Of a stretch of 64,000 bases of DNA, positions 1-13,489 are shown piece after piece. Both the position numbers and the translations under genes were made by a program. The notes beneath the pieces are model-generated. The model searched no databases. It saw only the letters and a list, made by a program, of their open reading frames with translations, and was not told the origin of the DNA. Each line of letters starts with the position of its first letter. Position 1 is the first letter of the stretch. This stretch comes from the human T2T-CHM13v2.0 reference genome, Homo sapiens. The DNA is taken from NCBI RefSeq assembly GCF_009914755.1, contig NC_060931.1. One strand, given 5' to 3'.

Positions 1-970
1 CCTATAAATGTTGGGTGGCATCTCATACTATCCCTGACTGGTTAGTGTAAAAACAACACTCTTCCCCTAAGAAGGTGCAGAGTCCTCCTTTCTCAGCAGT
101 GAGGAGGTCTAGGCCTCGGTGGTTTTGGAGAGTCATTGCTGCCAAAGAGTCTATTTGGAATTGTAGTTACTATCCTTACTGGATAGATTTTGTTATTTCT
201 TGCAAACTCTCTTGAGAAATCCTTTGAGAGTGTGGTAGTAGGATAATGAAGTAGGTAAACTGGCTATTCCAGTTCCTGTAGCAGTGGCCATTTCTAACCC
301 TATAGGTAGGGGTATTAGTTGTATGGCTCTGCACTGACGGACTTGAGCTTTGAGGGGTACTGATAGGGTCTGATTTCCACAAGATTAGAAGTTAGAATAA
401 TATATGTTTACACTGTTAACTTTTAGCAAACTTTACTTTTGTTGAAAACCTTGTAAGTTTGGGATTTCAATTATTCTTTGCTATTAATAAGACCTCGTTC
501 AGTCCATATTAACTTAGAATTGATATAGATGGCTCCTTCCTGATTCTGTAAGTACTTTAAGGTTTGGCTGAGTGCAAACAGCTCGCACATTTGAGCAAAC
601 CAATTATTAGGCAGTTTTCCTAACTCTGCTTCTACAGTTCCCTTATCATTTACTGAATACCCCTTGTGTCTTTTTTCCTTAATCACCCAGGAGGAACCAT
701 CTATGGTCCTGTCCTGAAGGGAGTTCCTCCTAGATCTGGTCGGACCTTTGTATGGTAGTTAGTTAAGATTTAGATCCCCTGTTAGGAAACCTGCTGGGTT
801 AAGGATTTTTGATAGGAAGGCTATGGGTTGTCAGTGGCCTCAGTGCTTTTGGGCTACGCCCTTGTTTACACTGACAACAAGGTGGTATTGGAGTGTTACA
901 GAGTTACAGAGAAGGCCTTCAATTATCAGTTATAGGTTTTAACTTTACTGTGGCTTTTAAAGGAATAGGG

Positions 971-1519
971 TGTAGGGTCCAGCCCCACAGGGTCGGTGGG
1001 TTTTTTCCCCGTGTGCGGAGACGAGAGAGTGTAGAAATAAAGACACAAGACAGAGATAAAAGAAAAGACAAGAGGTAGAGGAGTAGAGTCTTCTGTAAAC
1101 TCCCACGGGGAAAGGGAGACTCCCTTTCCTGGTCTGCTAAGTAGCGGGTGTTTTTCCTTGACACTGATGCTACCGCTAGATCACGGGACGCTGGTGTTAC
1201 CACTAGACCAAGGAGCCCTCTGGTGGCCCTGTCCGAGCATAACAGAAGCCTCAACTCTTGTCTTCTGGTCACTTCTCACTATGTCCCCTCAGCTCCTATC
1301 CCTGTATGGCCTGGTTTTTCCTAGGTTATGATTGTAGAGTGAAGATTATTATAATATTGGAATAAAGAGTAATTGCTACAAACTAATGATTAATGATATT
1401 CATATATAATCATCTCTATGATCTATATTTAGTATAACTTCTTATTTTATATATTTTATACTGGAACAGCTCGTGCCCTCAGTCTCTTGCCTCGGCACCT
1501 GGGTGGCTTGCCGCCCACA
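971..1519 (-). mobile_element. Solo LTR13 (HERV-K13/HML-4) with large internal deletion, inserted in HERV9
   Basis: Minus strand TGTGGGCGGCAAGCCACCCAGGTGCCGAGG...GGGGCTGGACCCTACA; exact 6-bp TSD ATAGGG at 965-970 and 1520-1525. Confidence 0.82.
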
Positions 1520-1789
1520 ATAGGGTACACTGTTTTTTCTTTACTACTTCTATCTCTCTTTCTCTTTGATGACTTCTTTGTCTCTCTGAGTCCCTCTTTG
1601 TCTGTCTCTTCCTCTCTCTCTTTGCCTTTCTATGTCTCTCTCTCTGACTCTCTCTTTGTCTCTGTCTCTTTGACTTTGTCTCTTTCTTTCTCTCTGACTC
1701 CTTTGTCTCTCACTTCCTCTCTCTGTGTCTCTCTCTGATTTTCTGTTTCTTTCTCTCTTTCCTTTCTGCTGGTCTTTCCCTTCCTCTGC

Positions 1790-3990
1790 CAGCCACTTAT
1801 GCTGCTGTTCTCCCCTCTCCTTCCCGTTTTGATGGCTTTGGCAGTGTAAGACTGCCACCTCCTTGGGTTTTTGCACTGCATGCAATAACTCCATGGTTTC
1901 CTTGTGGTATTTAATGGGGGTTCCCCCAGAGGTTAGAAACTCCCTTTCTTTCCATATTGCAGCACAGGCATGTAGGATTAGATAAGCATACTTGCTACCT
2001 GTATACACATTTATTCTTTTTCCCTTTCCCAGTTCTAAGGCTCAGGTAAGTGCCACTAGTTCTCCTGACTGGGTGCTGGTCCTTGGGGGAGGAGGCTTAC
2101 TTTCAAGTACGGTTACGTCACTAACTATGGCATAACCTGCCCTTCGTATCCCATTCTCCACAAATGAACTTCTGTTGGTATATAGATTAAGGTCAGGATT
2201 AGCTAAGGGGACTTATAAGAGGTCATCTCAGGCAGCATAAGTCTGGACTATAATTTGTTGGCAGTCATGCTCGATTGGTTCCCCATCCTCTGGGAGAAAA
2301 GTGGCAGGGTTGAGGGCCACGCATGTATGTATTTGAAGCACCGGTCCCTCAAGGAGTAGTGCCTGGTATCTAAGTAGGTGGTTGTCTGATAGCCATAAAC
2401 TCCCTTTGGCACTTACTATGCCATTTACATCATGAGTAGTCCAGACAGTGAGATCCTTTCCTTGTATTATTTTGATAGCCTCTGACACTAGGATGGGTAC
2501 TGCTGCAACTACCCTTAAACAGTGAGGCCAGCCTTTTGCTACTACATCAATTTCCTTACCTAGGTATGCCACCAGTTGTCAGACACGAGTCTGAGTAAGG
2601 ACTCCAAGAGCTATCCCTGCTCTCTCTGTGATGTATAAAGAGAAGTTTTGTCCTGTGGGAAGGCTTAAAGCTGGAGCTTGTACTAGGGCCTGCTTTAAGG
2701 TTTTGAAGGCTGTTTCTGCCTCTGGTTCCCATTCTACTAGATGAGTATTTGCCCTCTGGGTCTCCTTGATTAGAGTATAGAGGGGCCTGGCTATCTTGCT
2801 CTATCTGGGGATCCATAGTTGGCAAAAGCGGTGATTTGAAGGAACCCCCACAACTGTTTTAAAGTCTTAGGGTGAGGATAAGCCAGTATAGGCTGTATTC
2901 GTTCCTTGCCAAGGGTCCTGGTCCCTCTGGCTAAGATTAGGCCTAGATATTTGACCTGCTGTAGGCAAAGCTGGGCCTTTGACCTAGATGCCTTGTACCC
3001 TTGATTAGCTAGAAAATTCAAGAGATCTAGAGTAGCCTGCTGGCATGAGGCTTCCGAACTGGTAGCCAAAAGTAAATCATCCACATACTGAAGGACCAGA
3101 GTGCCTGGACTTGAGAAGTGGCCTAGATCTTGGGCCAGTGCCTGACCAAACAGATGAGGGCTATCCCTAAACCCTTGGGGCAAGACGGTCCATATAAGTT
3201 GGGATGTGTGGTCTGTGGGATCCTCAAAGGCAAAGAGAAACTGGGAGTCATGGGAGTCATAGTGCAGGGGAATACAGAAGAAGGCATCCTTGAGGTCCAG
3301 AACAGGGAACCATTCTGCTTCCTCTGGTATTTGAGAGAGCAGGGTATAGGGGTTGGGTACAACTGGATATAGAGGAATTACTGCCTCACTGATGAGTCTA
3401 AGATCTTGCACTAGACTCCACTGACCGTTCGGTTTTTGTACTCCTAGAATTGGGGTGTTGCAGGGACTGCTGCATTTCTTTACTAAGCCTTGAGCTTTTA
3501 CATGTTTAACAATATCCTGTAATCCTTTATGAGCTTCAGGCCTTAAGGGATATTGCCTTTGATAAGGAAATGTGGTGGGATCTTTTAACCTGATTTGGAC
3601 TGGGCAGGCATTTTTTGCCCTTCCAAATTGTCCTTCCAATGCCCAGACTTCAAGGTAGATTCCTTCCTCAAGTAGGTGACACCAAATGGGTAACTTGTTC
3701 CCCATATTCATGTAGATAATAGCTCCAGCTTTGGCTAACATATCCCTCCCTAATAAGGGTGTGGGACTTTCAGGCGTGACAAGAAAGGTGTGTGAAAAGA
3801 GCAAAGTCTCCCAATTACAACTGAGAAGGTGGGAGAAATACCTGGTTACAGGCTGTCCCAGGATTCTTCGGATGGTAATGGACCTTGAGGACAGTCGTCC
3901 GGGACAGGAGATTAACACTGAGAAGGCCACGCCAGTGTCCAGGAGGAAGTCAATTTCCTGGCCTTCAATGGTTAAATGTACCCGGGGCTC
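1790..3990 (-). pseudogene. HERV9 pro-pol remnant (protease, RT, RNase H), frameshifted
   Basis: ORF 2791-3930 with LLGRD, LDLKDAFF, LPQGF, YVDD; ORF 2228-2572 tether; ORF 1550-2008 RNase H C-terminus. Confidence 0.9.
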
Positions 3991-5494
3991 AGTGAGGGTG
4001 ATGACATGAGCTGGCGCTTGCCCGAGGCACCCTCAAGTCCTGTTGTTGGATCATCTGGTTGGGGGCTTCTGACCCAGAGAACCTTTGTCCTCCGGGGCAG
4101 TGCGCCTTCCAGTGATTGCCTCGGCATAGCGGACATGGATGAGGGGGTGGCTTGTTTCTCGTTGGACAATCTTTTTTAAAATGTCTTTGTAAACCACACT
4201 GATAACAAGCCCTACCGGGTGATTGGCCTGCTCCATTTTCTGTCCTTTCTGAACCACCAAAGGTTTGTTTGTCTGAGGGCCATGACTAAGGCTGCAGCCT
4301 TTCTCTGATCTCGCTTTTCCTTTTGGGCCTGTTCCTCTTGGTCCCTATTATAGAACACCAAGGTTGCCAGGTTTAATAATGCCTCCAGATTTTGTTCAGG
4401 GCCCAGGGCTTGCTTTTGGAGCTTTCTCCTGATATCCACGGCTGATTGGGTAACAAACTTATATTTTACAATCAATTGACTCTCAAGTGAGTCTGGTGAC
4501 AGGGGAGTACATTTTCTTAAGGCCTCCTGTAGCCACTTAAGGAAGGCAGAAGGATTTTCTTCCTTTCCTTGAGTTATGGTAGACATCATTGAATAATTCA
4601 TGGGCTTTTTCCTAATTCTCCTTAGTCCTTCTAGAACACAGGTCAACAGATGTTTACGACTCCAGTCCCCATGATCTGAGTCAAGGTCCCAGTGGGGATC
4701 CATACTGGGGATGGCTTGCTTACCAGTAGGGAATTTGTCCCTTTCTTCAGCTGTCATTCTGCCATTTACTTGACTAAGGTACCAGGTATCTCCAAACTCT
4801 CAGGCTGCAGCTAAAGCCGCATTCTTTTCATTAAAGGCCTGGGTTTGATCTAACAGTAGCATGACATCTCTCCAAGTGACATCGAAGGTTTGCCCTAGAC
4901 CATGTAGGACATCTGTGTACCTATCAGGATCATCTGAAAACTTACCCAGGTCTGCCTTGATCTGCTTTAAATCAGAGAGGGAGAAAGGGACATGTACCCT
5001 AGTTGGGTCAAATTCCCTCTCCCTACAACTTGAAGGGGACATAACCGATAGCCCAGGGGTTTTTGTGGTTCTTTGGAGATTTCTTTGCTTATTTCCTTCT
5101 GGGCAGGGGAGATTAGAGGAGGCTTATCATTAATAGGAAGGGTAGCTATAGGGAGGATAGGATATGGGGGTAAGCTGAGAGGTCCTCCTATGGGATGTAA
5201 ATTGCAAACTTTGCATAGTTGTGTATTCTCCTTCAATGAAAAGAAAGCTTGGACATAAGGTGTTTCACTCCATTTGCCTTCCCTCTTACAGAAAAGGTCA
5301 AGCTTCAGGATAGTATTGTAATTTATACTTCCCTCAGGTGGCCATTTTTCCCCATCAGAGAGAGAATATGGGGGCCAGGCCATAGTGCGGTAAAAATGAG
5401 CCACCTCTTTTTCAGGGTTTGCGGGTCAAATTGGTCCCAGTGGCTTAGGATGCATTTCAAGGGTGAGCCTGTTGATGCCTGATTGTTTCCCATC
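3990..5494 (-). pseudogene. HERV9 gag remnant
   Basis: ORFs 5323-5592, 4967-5404, 4800-5042, 4212-4757 (QGKEENPSAFL major homology region). Confidence 0.9.
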
Positions 5495-5539
5495 TGAAAG
5501 ACAAAACCGCCCGCAGTTTTGGTTTGTTTGTTTCTCCCC

Positions 5540-5865
5540 CTGCCCAAGAACCCACAATGGTCCCTGAACCCTGCTGATCGGAATAGTTGCACTCACCGAT
5601 GCAGCAGCAGAAACACCTCTTGCCCAAGAACCCACAACGGTCGGTCCCTGGACCCTGCGGATGGGAATAGTTGCACTCACTGACGCAGCAGCAGAAACAC
5701 TAGTTTTCCTCCTAGACCACAAGGAGGACCGAGGAAGGTCGGATTTAGTGGCCCTTACCAATGCATTCTCAAAAATCTGCACCCTTGCCTGTCCTCCTAG
5801 ACCACAAAGAGGACCGAGAAAAATTGGATTTAGTGGCCCTTACTGATGCATTCTCGAAAACCTGT
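5540..5865. repeat. ERV-9 leader tandem repeats (two ~80-bp units, each duplicated)
   Basis: cccaagaacccaca...gcagcagcagaaacac x2 and cctcctagaccaca...gcattctc x2. Confidence 0.8.
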
Positions 5866-6755
5866 TAGGGTCCTAAGCATTCTCCAGTTAGTATTGGGAC
5901 TTTACCCCTCCTGTAAAGATGTTATGCCCCAAAAATGAAGTGGAGGGCCATATCCTGAGGGAGGGGAGGGATCTCCAGAGTTGGAAGAGTGATGCCTTTT
6001 TGTCCGCACTTATATGAATACAAGAATGTCATTTCTGAAGCTCCCCGTATCCTAGCTTCTGGAATAGCTTTTGTTAGGCCTGCTAGTCTGAGGAGGGATC
6101 CTAAAATTCCGGATAAGACAGTCCCCCACCCTGATGGGGCTTTGGGCAAAAATTATGTCTTTCTAATTGGTGAGCCCGGGTGCCTAAAGAAGGTTAACAG
6201 AGTCCTGGAGTTTATACTAGAAATGATTCTTACAGGAGAAACTAGAAAAGCACCAGAGACAGGGAGTGGTTTCCAGAAGCGGGACTAGCCTCAGAGAAGA
6301 GAGGCAAGAGAAAGTTTTTCTGACAAGCATTAGGACCCAGGAGGCAAGGGTCAGGATAGGTAGGATAGATGGGCGAGTCTCGCTTGGGCAACATGACTTC
6401 GAGAGTTCTGCTCATGGCCACAGGGTCAACCAACTTGTTGTCAGGACCCCGGAGCTGAATGGCTTTCCTCTCTGTCGACCCTCGGCTCAGCCCGGAAGTA
6501 CAGGAAAAGCGGAAAGCTGGTTCCAGGCAAACCAACACTCCCAACTCCGAAGAGTCAGGGGTTGTTAGAGAGCCCTATCCCGGAAAGCCTGACACCCGTG
6601 TCTTTAGTCCAGCGGCTGTGCTAGTCAGTTTTAACTGGCCGCTAGTCACTTTTAACTGGCCGACAGGTGCCTGGTATTTAGCCACCGAATTCTAAGGGAA
6701 AACAGGACAGAATAGCAAGTGAAAGGGGTCAGATGGTACTCACTGCTTGGCAATA

Positions 6756-7019
6756 GCGTCAGCCCCAAGTGAGGATGGGGAAGGGGTTTTACAGTCCTCT
6801 ATAAGCAGGAATTGTCCCAGTCTGATGTGGCTGCTGCGTAGTGCCCGCTGGCCTCCCTCTTGATCTTCAGGGGGTGTCTTCTGCCCAGCTCTCTTCTTGC
6901 TTCTGCTAACTTGCTGATGCATGCTGCTGGCGCAACTGTCCTTGCGCATTTGGACTGGGCTTGAAGAGGGAGGAAGTATTCATTCCCTTAAGCTTTCAGG
7001 CTTGGGGGAGAATCTTTCA
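6756..7019 (-). mobile_element. 5' (U3) part of an LTR3-like LTR (HERV-K3/HML-6)
   Basis: Minus strand begins TGAAAGATTCTCCCCCAAGCCTGAAAGCTTAAGGG...GCGCCAGCAGC...TGTAAAACCCC..CTTGGGGCTGACGC, matching recalled LTR3 consensus; R/U5 absent. Confidence 0.7.
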
Positions 7020-8699
7020 CAACCCAATGATACTCTTTTAAAGTTACTTTAAAATGTGCAATAAAGTTTTGTTGACTGTAGTCATGCTGTTGTGCTATCA
7101 AATACTAGATCTTATGCATTCTATTTAACTATATTTTTGTATACATTAACTGTCTCTCCCCTCACTCCCTTCTCAGCCTCTGGTAACCATTATCTAGTCT
7201 CTCTCTCCGTGAGTTCAATTGTTTTAATTTTTAGCTTCCACAAATAAGTGACAACAGGCAAAGTTTGTCATTCTGTGTACCTGGCTTATTTTACTTAACA
7301 TAATGACCTCCAGTTCTATCCCTGTTGTTGCAAATGATGGGATCTCATTCTTTTTTTATGGCTGAATAGTACTCCATTGTGTATATGTACCATGTTTTCT
7401 TTATCCATTCATTTGTTGATGGACATTTAGGTTGCTTCCATATCTTGGCTATTGTGAACAGTGCTGCAGGAAACATGAGACTGCAGACCTCTTTGGTATA
7501 CTGATTTCCTTTCTTTTGGGTATATACTATGAGTGGGATTGCTGAGTCACGTGGTAGCTCTATTTTTAGTTTTTGGGGATCCTCCAAACTGGTCTCCATA
7601 GTGCTTGTACTAATTTACATTCCCACCAATGGTGTATGAGGATTCCCTTTTCTCCACATCCTCACCATCATTCATTATTGCCTGTCTTTTGGATATAAGC
7701 CATTTTAACTGGGGTGAGATGATATCTCCTTGTAGTTTTGTTTTGCATTTCTCTGATCAGTGATGTTGATCACCTTTTCATACACCTGTTTGCTATTTGT
7801 ATGTCTTATTTTGAGAAATGTCTATTCAGACCTTTGCTCATTTTTTAATAGGATTATTAGATTTTTTTCCTATAGCATTGTTTGAGTTTCTTATGTATTC
7901 TGGTTATTCATCCCTTGCCAGATGGATAGTTTGCAAATACTTTCTCCTGGTCTCTAGGTTTCTCTTCACTTTGTTGTTCCTTTGTTGTACAGAAGCTTTT
8001 TAACTTGATGTGATACCATTTGTCCATGTATGCTGTGGTGGGGTATTACTCCAGAAATCTCTGCCTAGTTCAATGTTCTGGAGATTTTCTCCAGTGTTTT
8101 CTTTTAGTAGTTTCATAGCTTGAGGTCTTAAGTCTTTAATTCATTTCAATTTGATTTTTGTGTATAGTGAGAGATAGGGATCTAGTTTCATTCTTCTGCA
8201 TATGTATATCGAGTTTTCGCAGCACCATTTATTGAAGAGACTCTCCTTTTCCCAATGTATGTTCTTGGCACTTCTGTCAAAAATGAGTTCGCTGTAGATG
8301 TATGGATTTGTTTCTGGGTTCTCCATTCTGTTTCATTGGTCTGTGTGTCTGTTTTTATGCTGGTGCCATGCTATTTTGGTTACTATAGCTCTTTAGTATA
8401 ATTTGAAGTTGTAATTTGGGGTTAGATAATGTGAAGTCAAGTAATGTCATTCCTTCAGTTCTGTTGTTTTTGCTCAGATAGCATAGGCTATTCTGGGTCT
8501 TTTGTTATTCCATATAAGTTTTAGGATTTTTTTTTTCTATTTCTGTGAAGAATGTCTTTGGTTCATTGGTATTTTGATAGGGATTGCATCGAATCTGTAG
8601 GTTGCTTTGGGTGGTGTGGACATTTTAACAGTATTGATTCTTCCAGTTGGTGAATGTGGAACATCTTTCTTTTTGTGCGTGCATGTCTTCAATTTTTTT

Positions 8700-8993
<294 letters not shown>

Positions 8994-9051
8994 CGTCTTC
9001 TTCAATTTCTTTTATCAGTATTTTATAGTTTTCATTGCAGAGATCATTCAC

Positions 9052-9539
9052 TGCCGAGACCAGCTGGGTCATGGAGACCCTTACCCAGCGGCGCTAGAGG
9101 AATTAAAGACACACACACAGAAATATAGAGTGTGGAATGGGAAATCAGGGGCCTCACAGCCTTCAGAGCTGAGAGCCATGAACAGAGATTTACCCACATA
9201 TTTATTGACAGCAAGCCAGTCATAAGATTTACTATAAGTATTCCTTATGGGAAATAAAGGGATGGGCAGAAATAAAGGAATGGGCTCTGGCTGCTTACCT
9301 GCAGCATAAGTATGTCCTTAAGGCCCAGATCGCTTATGCTATTGTTTGTGGTTTAAGAATGCCTTAAGTGGTTTTCCACTCTGGGTGGGTCAGGTGTTCC
9401 TTGCCCTCATTCCGGTAAACCGACAACCTTCCAGCATTGCGTCAAGGCCATCACGAGCATGTCACAGTGCTGCAGAGATTTTGTTTATGGCCAGTTTTGG
9501 GGCCAGTTTATGGCCAGATTTTGGGGCCTGTTCCCAACA
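9052..9539 (-). mobile_element. MER9 3' LTR
   Basis: TGTTGGGAACAGGCCCCAAAATCTGGCCATAAACTGGCC...GGTCTCGGCA; preceded by PPT AAAACAAAGGGGGACA. Confidence 0.92.
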
Positions 9540-9559
9540 TGTCCCCCTTTGTTTTGCAA

Positions 9560-10574
9560 AGTGATAAAAGCAAAGGCAGGTTTGTCATGGTGAGCTACTT
9601 CTTGCAGGAGTCAGGATCCACATCTGCAGAGTACACAAAGACAACACAGATTAAAAGGACGATCATTGTTGAAATCACAGAGCTTCCAAGTGTTTTTCTC
9701 CATTTGAATAGGTTACTAGCTGCTAATCTGTCTGCAGCTCCTTCGAGCACTCTAGTTCCTGGCATTAAGGTCAAGTGTGGCTGTGATGCTTTAAATATTT
9801 GTTCTTTTAATTTTGCAATATCCAAAGACAAGTTTGTAGAGTGGCCTTCTAGATGCTTTTTTATTCTTTCCTAAATTTTGATTTTATTAAGAGCTATTAA
9901 TAATTTCCACAAATCCTTGTTTAGCTCCTACAATGGGCCATATCATTTGAGGTTGAGGTGCCACTATACTGCCATGGTTCCAGATAATAGGAACTCTTGT
10001 CATACTTCTTACCATTTCTACCATCTGACCATTTTGTTCAGACCAGCTGAACATAGTGTGGCCATGGCACGCAGACTGAGGTGCAATTCAAGCTAAACAT
10101 CCCCTAGGGGACCAATCAATTCCATAGGAATCACTGCACAGCACCTCTGCCTGTTCTGCAATGCAATTTTCCTAAACAAGTATGTTCATTTTTTCTTGCC
10201 AGGTTCAATTTTATTTATAAATAGGTTTTTGAGGGTGGTATGCCTCAATTGTAGGAGCAGATTCATTATGGTAAATACTGAGATCAGAAAGCATGTGTAA
10301 CTGTGTCATAGAGTGATTGCATCCAGGCATTGTTGCCAGCCAAGATGGATAAATATGCCCAATAAGTGTAATTGTTCTCTGTGTCAGCCCTTGTTGAAGG
10401 CAGTGGTGATCACCGCTATCATTAAATTATTCATTGTGACTGGTTGTCCCGCTTTCCTCAGGTTTTCTTCCGCCATCTGTGACAGCTTCTTGATCTGTCC
10501 CCAGGTGGGTGGCTGTGTTCGATGGGTGTTGCTCATGACAGTTGGCATCCTCCTCAGCGTCAGTCTTGACATGG
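9560..10574 (-). pseudogene. HML-3 env remnant (leader fused to TM; SU deleted)
   Basis: MSRLTLRR..PPTWGQIKKL leader; SLDIAKLKEQIF TM heptad and membrane anchor. Confidence 0.85.
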
Positions 10575-13489
10575 CTGCAACCGGGGGTCCTCGGGATTCT
10601 CCTGGAATCTTTTCCCCAGCATCTGGCTTATGATAAGGTTTCAGGTGTTTTGATGGTATCCAAATCGGCTGTTGATTTGGTCCTGGAGAAACACAAGCAT
10701 AACCTCTACCCCAAGTTATTATTTTACCTATTTCCCGACTTTTTGTTATTGGGTCTCTCCACCAAACCAGTTTTTCTGCTTCTGTCTTTGCAGCTGATTT
10801 CTGTAGATGCTGTTCAGCTGCTGATAGCATCTGGCCTTTAGGCAGGCTCAAAAAATTTAAAGTTAAGAATGCTAGATTCAATTGTATGCGGGCTGTCCTG
10901 TAATCCATTTCCCCCTTTCTGTTTTTGCAACTGCCGTTTCAGGGAGAGATTCATTCTTTCCACTATGGCTTGTCCTTGAGAATTATATGGGATACCAGTA
11001 ATGTGTTTAATATTCCATATAGAGAAAAATGTAGCTAGAGCTTGGCTAGTATAGCCTGGGGTATTATCTGTTTCAATAGAAGCTGGAATGCCCACCACTG
11101 CAAAATACTGCAAGAGGTGACGTTTAACACAAGCAGAAGACTCTCCTGATTGGCATGTAGCCCAGACAAAGTGAGAAAAGGTGTCCACACATACATGTAC
11201 ATAAACTAGTCTCCCAAACGAGGGAACATGTGTGACATCCATTTGCCAAAGAGAATTAGGTTCCAGTTCTCGAGAATTAGCTCCTCCTGTAAAAGATGAG
11301 GAACGCACCACTTGGCAAGTTGGGCATCGCTGGATAATAGCTTTAGCTTCTTTCCAGGTAATGCTGTATCTGCGTTTGAGACCAGAGGCATTAACATGGG
11401 TTAAATTGTGAAAGTGTCTAGCATTAGATATTACTTTAGCAACAAGGCGATCAGCCATTTGATTCCCTTCAGTCAAAGGTCCTGGAAGAGATGTATAAGC
11501 CCTAATGTGAGTGATGTAAAAAGGGTGCATTCTACTCCTAACTGCTGCTTGCAATTGGGTAAATAAAGTAATCAGTTGTTCATCTGTATGAAATCATAAC
11601 TGAGCATTTTCAATTAACTGTGTGGAATGAACCATGTATAAAGAATCAAATCACATTAATAGGCATATTAAAAGCAGTCAATACCTCAATTACAGCTACG
11701 AGCTCTGCTTTTTGAGCTGAACCATAGGGCATCTGAAAAACTTTACCTTTTGAGCCAGAATAAGAAGCTTTACCGTTGCTAGACCCATCTGTAAAAACAT
11801 TCTCAGCACCTTCAATTGGTTTAAATTTAGTTATTCTAGGGAGAATCCAATTACTTATTGTGACTGGTTGTCCAGCTTTCCTCAGGTTTTCTTCCGCCAT
11901 CTGTGGCAGCTTCTCGATCTGTCCCCAGGTGGGTGGCTGTGTTCGATGGGTGTTGCTCGTGACAGTTGGGGTCCTCCTCAGCGTCAGTCTTGACATGGCT
12001 GCAACTGGGAATCCTTGGGATCCTTCCGGAATCTCTTCCTTGGCATCTGGCTTATGATAAGGTTTCAGGTATCTTGATGGTATCCAAATTGGCTGTTGAT
12101 TTGGTCCTGGAGAAACACAAGCATAACCTCTACTCCAAGTTATTATTTTACCTATTTCCCAACTTTTTATTATCGGGTCTCTCCACCAAACCAGTTCAAA
12201 AATTCAGACAGTTTTGTTTTAGGAAAATGGTTATCGAGAATACCCACAAAGTCAGCTAAATGGGTTTGCCAAGTAAGACTATTTATAAAAGCTTGCTGTA
12301 TTTGTGCCTTTATGAGGACAATAATTTTTCCAGGATCATATCCATGTAATTTAACAATCCGAGTTCTGCCATTTCCTATTATATCACTATCAGAGTAGTG
12401 ACTTGATCCAAATAAGGAGTTAGAGTCCATGAATTAGCATGTGGAAGAAAAAGCCATTCTAAGTCCAGCTCTTGGACAGTAACACCAGTAGGTGAATGCT
12501 GAGTTGGAAAAATTAGCAAATCTAGAGTCTTCTCTGGATCTATTCTATTTGAGCTTTATGGACTTGCTTTTCAATCAGCTGTAACTCTGCCTCAGCTTCC
12601 TTTGTTAATTGCCAAGGGCTAGTGAGACTAGGATCTCCTCTAAGGATAGAAAATAGATTACTCATGGCATAGGTAGGAATGCCTAGAGCAGGTCATATCC
12701 AATTAATGTCCCCTAGTAATTTTTGAAAGTCATTTAATGTTTTCATTTGATCCCTACGTATGGCTACTTTCTGTGGCACAATGGTAGTGTCATTTACTAA
12801 GGTCCCCAAGTAGGAATAAGGAGTAGTAGTCTGAATTTTGTCAGGAGCTGTAATTAAGCCAGCAGGAGAAATTGAATTTTGCAAGTGATCATAATATTGG
12901 AGTAATATTTCTTGAGTGGAGGCAGCACAAAGTATATCATGCATATAATGGATAATGTAACACTGAAATTTTTTTATGAGTAGGTTCAATTGCTTGCCCT
13001 ACATATATCTGGCAAATTGTTTAACATACCTTGTGGCAACACTTTCCAGTGAAAACGTTTAGCAGGCTTAAGCTGCAGATTGTTTACTGCAAGAATTGTA
13101 AATACAAACCATTCACAGTCCTGCTCAGCTAAGGGGATAGTAAAGAAACAGTATTTTAAATCTATGACTATTAAAGGCCAATTTTTTGGAATCATAGCAG
13201 GAGAAGGCAATCTTGGCTGTAATGTCCCCATAGGTTGTATAACTGAATTAATGGCTCTTAAGTCAGTTAACATTTTCCGTTTACCTGATTTTTTCTTAAT
13301 TATGAAAACTGGAGAATTCCAAGGGGAAAATGTTGGAGCTATGTGTCCCTTTTTTAATTGTTGAGTAATTAAGTCTTCTAAAGCCTCCAGTTTCTCTTTA
13401 CTCAGCGGCCATTGTTCTGTCCAAATTGGCTTATCTGTTAACCATTTTAAAGGTATAGGTTCTGGAGGCTTAACAATGGCCGCCATCAA
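10400..13489 (-). pseudogene. HML-3 pol remnant (RT, RNase H, integrase) with inserted 340-bp duplicate
   Basis: [24 protein letters not shown] (YMDD mutated), FTDGS, HHCC, WQMDVTH, TDN, GQAIVER. Confidence 0.92.

Larger units (their letters stand above)
1..6755 (-). mobile_element. HERV9 (ERV-9) internal region lacking 5' LTR12 and PBS; continues left of window
   Basis: Gag [42 protein letters not shown]; protease FLLDTG; RT QGFRDSP/YVDD; RNase H; typical (GA)-rich tract ~1545-1790 followed by HERV-I-like pol fragment. Confidence 0.9.

Noticed and set aside
1545-1790. (CT/GA)-rich tract and R/E-rich ORFs
   Set aside because: Recurrent family feature of HERV9 internal sequences; the ORFs are low-complexity artefacts.
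2791-3930. 379-aa ORF with RT motifs as an intact or domesticated gene
   Set aside because: Frameshifted at both ends within a decayed HERV9 pol; no own start context.
5540-5865. Spaced direct repeats resembling a CRISPR-like array
   Set aside because: Only two copies per unit, no unique spacers; ERV-9 leader repeats in a primate genome.
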